A stretch of DNA of 32,000 nucleotides, from positions 1,200,001 through 1,232,000 of the forward strand of contig CP126532.1 of the NCBI GenBank assembly GCA_030167145.1, in the 5' to 3' direction. The DNA is from Ktedonobacterales bacterium. GTDB taxonomy: Bacteria > Chloroflexota > Ktedonobacteria > Ktedonobacterales > JADMIN01. Numbering within the stretch: the stretch's first letter is position 1; every line of letters starts with the position of its first letter. The notes beneath the pieces were generated by a model. The model did not search any database, was not told the origin of the DNA, and worked only from the letters and a program-made list of their open reading frames with translations. Shown one piece after another: positions 1 to 9,113 of this stretch. The position numbers and the translations under genes were made by a program.

Positions 1-46
1 GGAGCAATTCTCGCAACGCGAAACCCGTCCATCGCCAGAGAAGCGT

Positions 47-598
47 ATGCTCGCATTAGTGCGCGCCATGGGTATCTGCGTCAACGGCTTGCTCGAACAC
101 CATGGCATTTATGCGCGCCCCTTGCGTGGCCGGGGCGAAATCTCGCGCGAGGACGCCGCACGCTATCTGACGACCACTTGTGCGCCCTTGCTTACACGCT
201 TGCAGATTGACTTCCCACGCATGGACGAGGTGGTGCGCTTTATAGATGGGCGGCTCAACTATCAGGACGTAGAAAGCCTGCATCAGGTGGTGCGAGGACA
301 AGAATTGACGGAATGTTACTGGGACGCCGTGGGCCTCCTCTCCCAAATGCAACGCCTGCTCTTCGACCGCATTGTCGGTGACGAAGTAGGACGATCTCGC
401 GGCGGCAAGCCCTATGAAGAGGCTTGGAACGCTTATTTGCGCGATATTGATGAGGAGATCACGCGCCTGACCCACCAACGCGCAGCGGCGGCTGTGCAGG
501 CGGAACGCGCGGGCCAGCTACGGCCAGCGATGAGCGGACGAGATGGCCAGCCCTATACCTATGGAGTGGCTCAAGATGCGCAAAGGAGGTTTAGTTAG
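47..598 (+). CDS. hypothetical protein, first visible gene of the chemosensory operon (possibly 5'-truncated)
   Basis: 183-aa ORF with coding-like GC3 and no family recognised. The frame stays open back to nt 2, so the true start may lie outside the window. Its TAG (596-598) abuts the GTG start of the next gene (599), and that gene's SD AAGGAGG (583-589) lies inside this ORF, which suggests translational coupling. Confidence 0.5.
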   Translation: MLALVRAMGICVNGLLEHHGIYARPLRGRGEISREDAARYLTTTCAPLLTRLQIDFPRMDEVVRFIDGRLNYQDVESLHQVVRGQELTECYWDAVGLLSQMQRLLFDRIVGDEVGRSRGGKPYEEAWNAYLRDIDEEITRLTHQRAAAAVQAERAGQLRPAMSGRDGQPYTYGVAQDAQRRFS

Positions 599-1042
599 GT
601 GGAAGAGCCAGTTGTTTTGGTCGTGGACGATAGCCCAACCGTCCGAAAGATTGTCCAGCTTACGCTTCAGCGCGAGCGTATACGAGTTGTGACCGCCGGA
701 GATGGCCTCAGCGCATTGGCTACGGTGGCCGACGAACAACCTGATTTGATTCTGCTCGATATTATGCTGCCAAAGATGGATGGCTACAATATTTGCCAGG
801 TCGTGCGGAAGAATATGGCCTATCGTGATCTGCCGATCATCATGCTCAGCGGCAAAGATGGGCTTTTTGACAAGATGCGCGGCAAGCTTGCCGGATCAAC
901 CGAGTACATGACTAAACCGTTCGATTCAGCCGAGTTGGTGCAAACCGTCAAGCGACACCTTGATATGACCCTGGTGCGCGAACGCGCGGCGCAACGTGCG
1001 GCGCAATATCAGCGGAAGATGCAGCGCCGTTTAGCCTATTAG
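599..1042 (+). CDS. CheY-like single-domain response regulator (PilG-like) with a basic C-terminal extension
   Basis: Receiver motifs VLVVDDSPT, DLILLDIMLPKMDG and YMTKPF. GTG start 9 nt after AAGGAGG. C-terminal about 25 aa are Arg/Gln-rich (RAAQRAAQYQRKMQRRLAY). Confidence 0.88.
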   Translation: MEEPVVLVVDDSPTVRKIVQLTLQRERIRVVTAGDGLSALATVADEQPDLILLDIMLPKMDGYNICQVVRKNMAYRDLPIIMLSGKDGLFDKMRGKLAGSTEYMTKPFDSAELVQTVKRHLDMTLVRERAAQRAAQYQRKMQRRLAY

Positions 1043-1237
1043 GATAGAGTGGATAGCATATTGGCCTATGATAGTTGTATGAACTCACTCGCCTGCGTCT
1101 TATTGTTAGAGCGTGTTTTTGCGGCGTTTCACGGCATGGTGGACGCCGGTCTAGTCTAGTTCCACGGTAGCCGGTTTGGTGGGCGCACGGTTGGCAATGG
1201 CGCCAGTGGCCACTGTCGGCACAGGAGAGTTAAGAGG

Positions 1238-1603
1238 ATGCCCGCACCGAAAGTCCTGGTAGTTGATGATAGCTGGACCGATCTTACCTTGATCGCCACA
1301 CCGCTACGTGAAAGCGGCTACGACGTAATCACCGCAGTGGACGGCGATGAGGCGCTGGAGAAGGTGCAGCGTGAGCATCCCCAATGCGTATTACTCGATG
1401 TGATTCTGCCCCGCCAAAACGGATTTCAGCTCTGCCGACGCTTGAAGCAGATGGAACAGAGCCGCGATATTCCGATCATTTTGGTCAGCGCCAAGAATAC
1501 TGACCTCGACAAGCGCTGGGGATTGCAACAGGGCGCGGACATGTACATCACCAAGCCCTTCAGTCGCGAGGAATTGCTCGCCAGCGTCCGCAGCTTGATC
1601 TGA
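1238..1603 (+). CDS. CheY-like single-domain response regulator (PilH-like)
   Basis: 121 aa with VLVVDDS, VLLDVILPRQNG and YITKPF receiver motifs. GGAG lies about 10 nt upstream of the ATG. Confidence 0.88.
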   Translation: MPAPKVLVVDDSWTDLTLIATPLRESGYDVITAVDGDEALEKVQREHPQCVLLDVILPRQNGFQLCRRLKQMEQSRDIPIILVSAKNTDLDKRWGLQQGADMYITKPFSREELLASVRSLI

Positions 1604-1657
1604 TCGCCCGCGTAGGAATCACCATGAGGCTGATTCTTATTCGATCATGGAGGCCGC

Positions 1658-2377
1658 ATGAGTGATTTCCCATCCCCCTACTCACCGCTGGATTCGTCGA
1701 ATGACGAACGGAACCAGCGGCGTTCGGCTATGGCCGAAACGCTCCAGCAGGCGTTACGCAGCTTGCAGTCTGGCCAGCAGAGCGCGGGTGGAGCAGGTGG
1801 CGCGCCGCTCACCCCCGAGCAGCTCACCTTGCTTGCACAACGTGCCGGACTCTCAGTGGGCGCACCCGGAGACTCCACTCGCGGCATAGACCCCGGCCTC
1901 ATCATCCCCAGTATGAATCTCACTGGCGAGCCGCAGTACATCGTCTTCGCACTCTATAGCGTGGAGTGCGCCTTGCCAGGCAACTCGGTACAGGGCGTGG
2001 AGCGGCTCATTGAAATTACTCCCGTGCCCAATCTCGCCCCCTGGGTGCTGGGGGTCGTGCATCTTCGTGGCTCAATCTTGTCGGTCGTGGACCTTCGCAC
2101 ATTCCTGGGGTTCCCAACCCAGCCTATGACGGTGCGTTCACGTATGTTGCTCGCCACCAGTGGCGACATGATGATCGGCCTGCTGGTGGATGCGGTGACC
2201 GAAATGCGCCCGCTCAACAACGCTGACATGATGGGCAGCGAGATCAGCACCCCAGATTGGGCGATGCCCTACGCCGAACGTACCCTGAATATCCAGGGGC
2301 GCACAGTCGCCGTGCTGGACCCCGAACGTCTGCTCTTTTCTGAGAAAATGCACCGCTATCGCGCCGAGTTTGGTTGA
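1658..2377 (+). CDS. CheW-like coupling protein (PilI-like) with a disordered N-terminal extension of about 85 aa
   Basis: CheW-domain signature YIVFALYSVECALPGNSVQGVERL...PWVLGVVHLRGSILSVVDLRTFLGF. GGAGG lies 4 nt before the ATG. Confidence 0.85.
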   Translation: MSDFPSPYSPLDSSNDERNQRRSAMAETLQQALRSLQSGQQSAGGAGGAPLTPEQLTLLAQRAGLSVGAPGDSTRGIDPGLIIPSMNLTGEPQYIVFALYSVECALPGNSVQGVERLIEITPVPNLAPWVLGVVHLRGSILSVVDLRTFLGFPTQPMTVRSRMLLATSGDMMIGLLVDAVTEMRPLNNADMMGSEISTPDWAMPYAERTLNIQGRTVAVLDPERLLFSEKMHRYRAEFG

Positions 2378-2710
2378 GCGCCACGCCCGGTTCTCGCCGC
2401 TTTCAGGTGCGGCTTGTATGACCTCAGTCCCACTACACTCAGCATTCCCGTGCATTCCGTGATACTCTTGGGTGGGTACACAGTATGCTATAGGTACTGT
2501 GCGCTCATCCGCAGCGGTGGCAGGTGGCGTTTCCTGGCCTGAAGTGGCGGGGCGGTATACTGGATGGTAGCGGAAGCAGCTCGCGGAAGCATATCCATGT
2601 AGGCGCCAGCGACCGCACGGGTTCGGTATAGCACTCATTTTTCTGCTGGCTGGCGCGGCGGAAGTGATGGAGCATCGCGGGTCGTGCATTGGGGAGGACT
2701 CATACTACCT

Positions 2711-4582
2711 ATGGATCCTAATTCGCATGCGGAGCGCGCACTTGGGGCAAGGCTCAACTGGCTGCTGATCGTAGCCACGGCGCTTCCCGCGCTGCTACTC
2801 TTTGCGCTTGGTATCGTGGCGACTCGCGCTGGTGATATCACCAGCGCGTTGCCACCGGAAACGCTGTTGTGGGGCGCAACCTTTGGGCTGGCGCTGCTGG
2901 CTGCGCTGGCCGTGGCTGGTCTCTCCCTCCGGATGCGGGCGGTAGTTCGCACGTATACCTTGGAGGTTGCCGAGACGTGTCGGCAGGCTGTCAGCGGAGA
3001 TCGCTCGGTGCGGCTGCCTGTGGCTGGCGAAGACGAATTCGCCGTACTTGCCTCAGCGGTCAATGGGTTGATCGAAACGGCTCCCGGAGCACCGGGTGGC
3101 GGCATGGGCGAATCGCAAGATGCGGCGACGCTTCAGGCACAGATCGAAAAGTTGCTGCAAGAGGTCAGTTCCGTCGGCGACGGCGACCTACGTGTACAGG
3201 CGGAGGTCACGCCAGACACGCTCGGCGTGCTCGCGGACTCGTTCAACTACATGATCGAAGAACTGGCGAAGGTAGTGGGTCGCGTGCAGGCGACCACCTT
3301 TCAGGTGACCAACGCTACCCGCCGCCTGCTGGATCGCTCAGCAGAAGTCGCCGACGCCTCGCAGACCCAGGCGCACCAGATCTCGCAAACGACACAAGCG
3401 GTAGCACAACTTGCCGACTTCGTGCAGCTTTCCGCCAGCAACGCTATCTCGGCGGCAGAGGCAGCGCGCGAAACGTTGCGGAACGCTGAGGGCGGCCAGC
3501 AAGCCGTGGTGCAGACCATTGATGGGATGGTCCACATCCGCGAAAACGTACAGGAAACCTCGAAGAAGATCAAGCGCCTGGGCGAGCGCTCGCAAGAGGT
3601 CGGTGAAATCGTGCGTCTTATCGAAGACATTGCCGACCAGACCAACCTTCTCGCGCTCAATGCCGCCATCCAGTCGGCGATGGCTGGCGAACATGGGCGC
3701 GGCTTTGCTGTGGTCGCCGAAGAAATTCGTATGTTGGCCGAACGGGTCACCGAGGCCACCAAGCGTATCGCGACGCTCGTCAAAGGCATTCAAGGCGACA
3801 CCTACGAAGCGGTGGTCGCCATGGAAGAAAGCACCCAGGAGGTCGTCAACGGCTCCCGGCTCGCCGACGAAGCTGGTGAGGCGTTGCGTAGCATTTACAC
3901 GGGCGTGGACCGTCAGGCGCAGATGATCGAAGACATCGCCCGCGCCGCCAATGAGCGCGCCCAAACGTCTGAAGCCGTTGCCGCCGCAATGGCCAGGATC
4001 GCCGACATCACCCGCCAGACCAACACCGCCACGCAAGATACCACCGCTGCGGTGAGCTATCTCGCGGAGCTTGCCGAACAGTTGCGCGCATCTGTTGCCA
4101 CCTTCCGCCTGCCAGAACAGGCGACACAGGGGCAAGCGTTGCTGCCTCGCCCAGAGGAGGCGCCGATTCCGATGATGAGCCTGCCGAACCTGGGTCCGGC
4201 TGGATGGGGCAATGAAACCGCGTCTCCCTATCCCGCGTTGCCCCCAGCTCCGGCAAATGTCATCAGCGCCACCCCTGGCCCTGACTCGATGGAGTTTGGT
4301 GGCGGCTACGATAGCTACTACGGGGACCAGCAATTCAACGGCAATCAGTACAATGGCGCGGGGTATACTGGTGGCGGATATAGCAGCGACCAGTACAATG
4401 GGGGCGGGTATACTGGTGGCGGGTACAATAGCGACCAGTACTCGGGAAACGGCAATCAGTACAGCGGTGGGTATAATGATGGAGGGTACACCGGTGTTCC
4501 TTCGCCGCAGCCCACAACAGAGTATCCCTCCTATGGGGATGGCCAGCCCGGCGGCCCGCCATTCCCGCCTGAGCGCTATTGA
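2711..4582 (+). CDS. methyl-accepting chemotaxis protein (PilJ-like): TM hairpin, HAMP-like regions, MCP signalling domain, low-complexity tail
   Basis: Conserved MCP hairpin tip IADQTNLLALNAAIQSAMAGEHGRGFAVVAEEIRMLAE. Two N-terminal TM helices separated by only about 12 aa, so no periplasmic sensor domain. Start is uncertain: ATG 2711 (GGAGG 2693-2697, 13-nt spacing) or in-frame GTG 2684 (the ORF-track start). Confidence 0.85.
   Translation: MDPNSHAERALGARLNWLLIVATALPALLLFALGIVATRAGDITSALPPETLLWGATFGLALLAALAVAGLSLRMRAVVRTYTLEVAETCRQAVSGDRSVRLPVAGEDEFAVLASAVNGLIETAPGAPGGGMGESQDAATLQAQIEKLLQEVSSVGDGDLRVQAEVTPDTLGVLADSFNYMIEELAKVVGRVQATTFQVTNATRRLLDRSAEVADASQTQAHQISQTTQAVAQLADFVQLSASNAISAAEAARETLRNAEGGQQAVVQTIDGMVHIRENVQETSKKIKRLGERSQEVGEIVRLIEDIADQTNLLALNAAIQSAMAGEHGRGFAVVAEEIRMLAERVTEATKRIATLVKGIQGDTYEAVVAMEESTQEVVNGSRLADEAGEALRSIYTGVDRQAQMIEDIARAANERAQTSEAVAAAMARIADITRQTNTATQDTTAAVSYLAELAEQLRASVATFRLPEQATQGQALLPRPEEAPIPMMSLPNLGPAGWGNETASPYPALPPAPANVISATPGPDSMEFGGGYDSYYGDQQFNGNQYNGAGYTGGGYSSDQYNGGGYTGGGYNSDQYSGNGNQYSGGYNDGGYTGVPSPQPTTEYPSYGDGQPGGPPFPPERY
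4346..4435 (+). repeat. two tandem 45-nt coding repeats (a third degenerate unit runs to about 4495) in the MCP tail
   Basis: Unit 1 is 4346-4390, CAGTACAATGGCGCGGGGTATACTGGTGGCGGATATAGCAGCGAC. Unit 2 is 4391-4435, CAGTACAATGGGGGCGGGTATACTGGTGGCGGGTACAATAGCGAC. They encode QYNG(A/G)GYTGGGY(S/N)SD. Confidence 0.85.
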
Positions 4583-4651
4583 TACCGCTGCTTACATGCT
4601 CATGGCAAGGTAGTATGTACCGGTTCGCCGGCAACAATGGGTGCGTAAACT

Positions 4652-7600
4652 ATGTCAGATACCTTCGATAAGTCGGCGATCCTCGAAAGCTTCCTCGACG
4701 AAGTCACGAGCTATCTGCCTGAGATAGAAGCGAACCTGGATCGTCTGCAACAGCGACCCGATCAGATGGACATGATCGAGGAGACCTATCGCCGCGCGCA
4801 TACGATTGCCGGTTCTGCCGCAATGATGGAATTTGGCGCACTCTCGCATGTCGCGGCGGGGATCGAGGATACCCTTGGCAATGCGATTGACCAGCAGATC
4901 TCGCTGGATGCTTCGTCCATCGCCCTGTTGCGCCGCTCCTTTGGCAGGTTGAAACGCCTCGTAGATAATGTTCGCACCGGCGGCGATAGCGCTGCGCTGG
5001 TGGCGGAAGATGACGCCGACCGCGCCGCATCGCGTGGGGCACAGTCTCAGCCGGGCGTGGGCGGGCAATCTATGGGCAGCGCATCTGGCCCTGGCGCGTA
5101 TGCCTTTACGCCAGGAACAGATACTGCCAGTCAACCAGCGATTCAGGTGCCCGACTGGCTCGCGGCATTCGCCGGGCCAGGGATGGCTGGATCACCGCCC
5201 ACACCGCAGAATCCCCAATCCGCTGCGTCAGGTCCAGGCGCGGCGGGCGCGTATTTCAGCGCCTCTGGTCCACATCCACAAAGCCCCACAGATTTTTCGC
5301 AGTCTGGCATCAACTCTGGAGACGATCGGTGGGCCAGTTCGCTCTCAAACCTACCGACAGGACGTCCGCCTGCCGTCATGCCAGACCGTCCAGGGGCAGC
5401 CTCGCAGCCAGGCGTATTTGATCGCGCAGCCGCGCGCACGCGGCCCAATACCACGCCATTCACACCGCCGGGCAATGGCGCCGACCCCAGCATGGAAGAG
5501 ATGTTACAGGCCTTTCGTGTGAGCGACCCTACGCCGTCAGGGCCAGCGCAGTCGGGCATTTCTTCGCGGCCCACGATGCCGCCGCCTGCCCCGCACGATT
5601 ACTCGACGCTCGACACCAGCCGCCAGCCTACCGTGCCGCGCCCAGGCAGCGTGCGCCCGCCCGTGCCCGCAGCGCCACTCGCGCAATCCCCCCAGGCATA
5701 TGGGGGAGAGCAGCCCACGGCGCTTGATGATCTGCGCGCCGACACCGAAGCCCTGCGGCGCAACATCGCCACCCTGCGCGATCTCGCCGCGTCTGTCCGC
5801 GACGCCGCACATGTGATGGAGAACGAGCGCGCTGAATTGCGCGGCTTTCTGGACGGCTCGCGTGATGCCCTGGACCGGCTCGAAGAATGGTCCGGACGGC
5901 AGATGGGATTGGACCTCGGCAATAGTCCTGATTCGGTGCGCCGCTATCTGCCGCTCTCCGTGATCTGGGTCGTCACCGCGCGCTTGAAATCTCTCGCTAC
6001 GTTGCTGACCAATGCCAGCAATGGCGTCACGGTCAAGCAGGAGGAACTGGAAGAGTCGGTGCGCGCCCTGCGTGCGACCATCGAGAGCGTGGGCCAGATT
6101 TACGGCTCCATCGCCAGTGTCGGCGGCGATCCTTCCAATGGTTTCAGCGCCACCGTTGCCCAGGTTCGCTGGTCACCGCCACCCGCCGAGCCACCGAGCA
6201 TCCATGCCGATCTCTCACCAGCGAACCGCGCGGAACTTGAGCGCGAAGTTCGGGATCAGCTTCGCCGCGAGCTAGAAGATGAGGTGCGAGGCGAGATTGC
6301 CGCCGAAGTGCGTCGCGACGAAGAAGACCGCATCCGGCAGGAATTGCAGATTCAAGTCCGCCGTCAGATCCTGTCCGAATTGACGCCTGGCATGGGTGGC
6401 ATTGGTGGCCTGGATATGCCGCGCGAACCCGGACGCTCAGTTCTGCCGAATATGCCGTTGAGCGCCGAGCGTGTTCCCAAGCCTGTCCAGGTCACGAGCG
6501 AGCAATCGCCCGAGGCCCTGGATGTTTTCCGCGAGGAAGCGCAAGAGCACGTGCAGGCCATCACCACTGGCATTGCCCAGCTCGAAGCCACACCCGGCGA
6601 TACCACTGTATTGCAGTCCATCCGCCGCCCCATGCATACGCTCAAAGGCGCCGCAGGCATGATGGGCTTCACGCTCATCCAGCAGATTGCCCATGCCTCC
6701 GAAGACCTGTTGGATCGCTTGGTGGAAGGCGCCGCATCGCTCACACCAGCGGTCCACAGCCTATTGCTCGATACCTCAGAACTGCTCGATGATCTGGTCG
6801 TCAGCGGTGCGAACCAGCCCGATGAGCGAGTGCGCGACCTGCTCGGACGTTATAGCGCGTTCGGCGGCGAACCCGCCGCCGATGCGCTCGCCCGTGCAAG
6901 CACGCAGCGTGACGCCATCGCGGTGGATATGGCGGACGAGCAGGATGAGCGCGCGGAGCGCAGCGCCGACACAGCAAATCTCAGTGTGCGCGTGCAGCTC
7001 AGCAAGCTCGACGACCTCGTCAATCTCTTCGGCGAGTTGCTGGTCAGCCGCTCCATCCTTGAGGAGCGCTTGGAGCGCATGAGCCGCATCGCGGGCGAAA
7101 CCGTTGTCGCTGGGGAGCATCTGCGCACGTTCAGCGGCGACCTGGAGAAGAAGTTTGAGGCCGCGACACTGCCAAGCGGACGGGGCGGCTCCAGTCAGAG
7201 CGCGAACGGTAACCGTGGTTTCCTCGGTCTGTCGCTGGGTGGGAACCGGCGCAATGGCGGGCCATCTCAGCAGGACTTCGATCCGCTGGAGCTCGATCAG
7301 TATAATGAGTTCCACCCGATTTCGCGTGGGCTGAGCGAATCATCAGCCGATGTGTTGACGCTGAGCCACGAGATCGCGGCCATCATTCGTGAGGCCCAGG
7401 ATTCTTTCACTCGCGAAAATCGGCTCACCTCGGAGTTCCAGGATCGTCTGCTGAAAGCGCGGCTCGTGCCCTTGCAATCACTCGTGCCGCAACTTTACCG
7501 TGCAGCTCGTGCCTCAGCGCTTAAAGAAGGGAAAGAGGTCGAGTTCTTCACCGAGGGCGCAGAGACGGAAGTAGACCGTAAAGTCTCCGAAGAAGTAGCT

Positions 7601-9076
7601 GGCCCGTTGCTGCATCTGGTACGCAACTCAGTCAACCATGGCATCGAGCGGCCCAACGCACGCGAACTGGCTGGCAAGCCGCGCGCTGGACGCATAACTA
7701 TCTCGTCGGCATACGAGGGCAACCAGGTGGTTATCTCGGTGAGCGACGACGGCATGGGCATTGACCCAGAGCATATCCGCCAGACCGCCATCGCTCGCGG
7801 GTGGATTGACGCTTATTCGCACCTCTCGGATAAAGAGGCCATCAACCTCATCTTCCGGCAGGGCATCACCACGGCGGAATCACTTACCGAGGAAGCGGGA
7901 CGCGGCGTTGGTCTGGATGTTGTCCGCGACGCGGTCACGCGCCTACGCGGCACAATCGAGGTAGATTCGACCGTCGGACAGGGCACCACATTCACGCTGA
8001 AGTTCCCCATCGGCCTGCAAATCGCCCGTGCGGTGATGGTGAAGGTGGGGCCACAGACGCTCGCCATCCCCATGACCATCGTGGACCAGATTGGCCGCCT
8101 CGATTACTACCAGCGCATCCCTGGACCCACGCCAGCAGTCGAAATGCGGGGCGAGCGCTATCCACTGGCGTATCTCGCCGACTATTTGCGCCTGCCGCCA
8201 GGCGAGCTAACGGATCGCTCGTCGCTCTTGCTCGTGAACGCGGGCAAACGACGGGTGGCGCTGATTGTAGACGCCATCGCCGCGCAGCAAGAGATTGTCA
8301 CGAAGCAACTTGGTCCGCACCTGCGCGAGGTTCCCGGCATCGCTGGCGCCGCCGTGCTTGGCAATGGCCAGGTTGTCTTGATTCTGGAGTTGCATGAGTT
8401 GCTCGCCGCACCACCACGTACACAGGTTGTGCTACCGGCTCCGGGCGCGCAAAGCGCAGACGCCTCCACACCATCTGCTCCACAGCCCTTCGTGGTCTCG
8501 CGGCAGCCTGCGACCCCGCGCCCGCCTGTGGCGCCACCCACACGCGATGCATGGACCGGCCCGCTGACCGAGCCAGCGCCGCGTGTGCCGGTAAGCCCAC
8601 CGCCTGCTGCCGCGCACCGCGATCCCATCAGCGGCGCCAACACCATCATCGGTATGTCTGGAATCTCGCAGCATCACGTGGCCGTGCCACCCTCTTCCGC
8701 GCGCTCATACCTGCTCGTCGTGGACGACAGCCCCAGCGTTCGCCGCGTCGTCAGTGGCATGCTCAAAGCGCACGGCTGGGAAGTCCAGACCGCGCGTGAT
8801 GGCGTTGAGGCGCTTGATCTCATCGCCCGCCAGACGCCCGCCGCCGTACTGCTTGACATCGAGATGCCGCGTATGGACGGCTACGAACTGCTGGCGACGG
8901 TCCGCAGCCAGGAGCAATACGCCAATCTGCCGATGATCGTGCTCACTTCACGCGCGGCAGCCAAGCATCATCAGCGTGCCATCCAACTTGGCGCGAACGA
9001 ATATGTGGTCAAACCCTATCAGGATGAAGACCTGCTCAACATCATCGCGCGGCTGGTGCGCGCGCGGCAGGGCTAG
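4652..9076 (+). CDS. hybrid CheA-type histidine kinase (ChpA/PilL-like): Hpt, Pro-rich linker, Hpt, dimerisation, HATPase, CheW-like, receiver
   Basis: Hpt1 RRAHTIAGSAAMM (His codon 4799-4801). Hpt2 RRPMHTLKGAAGMMGF (His codon 6635-6637). P3-like VRVQLSKLDDLVNLFGELLV. N-box HLVRNSVNHGIE, G1 DDGMGID, G2 GRGVGLDVV. CheW-like IARAVMVKVGPQTLAIPM. C-terminal receiver from nt 8705 (LLVVDDSPS, LLDIEMPRMDG with Asp codon 8855-8857, VVKPY). Confidence 0.9.
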   Translation: MSDTFDKSAILESFLDEVTSYLPEIEANLDRLQQRPDQMDMIEETYRRAHTIAGSAAMMEFGALSHVAAGIEDTLGNAIDQQISLDASSIALLRRSFGRLKRLVDNVRTGGDSAALVAEDDADRAASRGAQSQPGVGGQSMGSASGPGAYAFTPGTDTASQPAIQVPDWLAAFAGPGMAGSPPTPQNPQSAASGPGAAGAYFSASGPHPQSPTDFSQSGINSGDDRWASSLSNLPTGRPPAVMPDRPGAASQPGVFDRAAARTRPNTTPFTPPGNGADPSMEEMLQAFRVSDPTPSGPAQSGISSRPTMPPPAPHDYSTLDTSRQPTVPRPGSVRPPVPAAPLAQSPQAYGGEQPTALDDLRADTEALRRNIATLRDLAASVRDAAHVMENERAELRGFLDGSRDALDRLEEWSGRQMGLDLGNSPDSVRRYLPLSVIWVVTARLKSLATLLTNASNGVTVKQEELEESVRALRATIESVGQIYGSIASVGGDPSNGFSATVAQVRWSPPPAEPPSIHADLSPANRAELEREVRDQLRRELEDEVRGEIAAEVRRDEEDRIRQELQIQVRRQILSELTPGMGGIGGLDMPREPGRSVLPNMPLSAERVPKPVQVTSEQSPEALDVFREEAQEHVQAITTGIAQLEATPGDTTVLQSIRRPMHTLKGAAGMMGFTLIQQIAHASEDLLDRLVEGAASLTPAVHSLLLDTSELLDDLVVSGANQPDERVRDLLGRYSAFGGEPAADALARASTQRDAIAVDMADEQDERAERSADTANLSVRVQLSKLDDLVNLFGELLVSRSILEERLERMSRIAGETVVAGEHLRTFSGDLEKKFEAATLPSGRGGSSQSANGNRGFLGLSLGGNRRNGGPSQQDFDPLELDQYNEFHPISRGLSESSADVLTLSHEIAAIIREAQDSFTRENRLTSEFQDRLLKARLVPLQSLVPQLYRAARASALKEGKEVEFFTEGAETEVDRKVSEEVAGPLLHLVRNSVNHGIERPNARELAGKPRAGRITISSAYEGNQVVISVSDDGMGIDPEHIRQTAIARGWIDAYSHLSDKEAINLIFRQGITTAESLTEEAGRGVGLDVVRDAVTRLRGTIEVDSTVGQGTTFTLKFPIGLQIARAVMVKVGPQTLAIPMTIVDQIGRLDYYQRIPGPTPAVEMRGERYPLAYLADYLRLPPGELTDRSSLLLVNAGKRRVALIVDAIAAQQEIVTKQLGPHLREVPGIAGAAVLGNGQVVLILELHELLAAPPRTQVVLPAPGAQSADASTPSAPQPFVVSRQPATPRPPVAPPTRDAWTGPLTEPAPRVPVSPPPAAAHRDPISGANTIIGMSGISQHHVAVPPSSARSYLLVVDDSPSVRRVVSGMLKAHGWEVQTARDGVEALDLIARQTPAAVLLDIEMPRMDGYELLATVRSQEQYANLPMIVLTSRAAAKHHQRAIQLGANEYVVKPYQDEDLLNIIARLVRARQG

Positions 9077-9113
9077 CGCCCGCGCGCCAACTGCAAGAAA
9101 CGAGGCGACAGCA

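Noticed and set aside
1190-1220. TGGCAATGGCGCCAGTGGCCA upstream of the second CheY-like gene as a sigma54 promoter
   Set aside because: The GG-N10-GC spacing of the -24/-12 elements is not satisfied in any register. The similarity is limited to TGGC words.
3338-4333. 331-aa minus-strand ORF antisense to the MCP, together with many other 60-200-aa overlapping ORFs in the track
   Set aside because: Same reasoning: no motifs, biased composition, and overlap with genes that have clear domain signatures.
4346-4495. Tandem 45-nt repeats considered as a CRISPR or other non-coding array
   Set aside because: The units are contiguous with no spacers. They lie in frame inside the MCP ORF and encode a repeated peptide. 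This is coding low-complexity duplication.
8976-9113. Longer 120-aa version of the small ORF starting inside the kinase gene
   Set aside because: It overlaps the last 100 nt of the kinase in another frame and has an implausible N-terminus. Only the part downstream of the kinase stop (from 9114) is considered a candidate.
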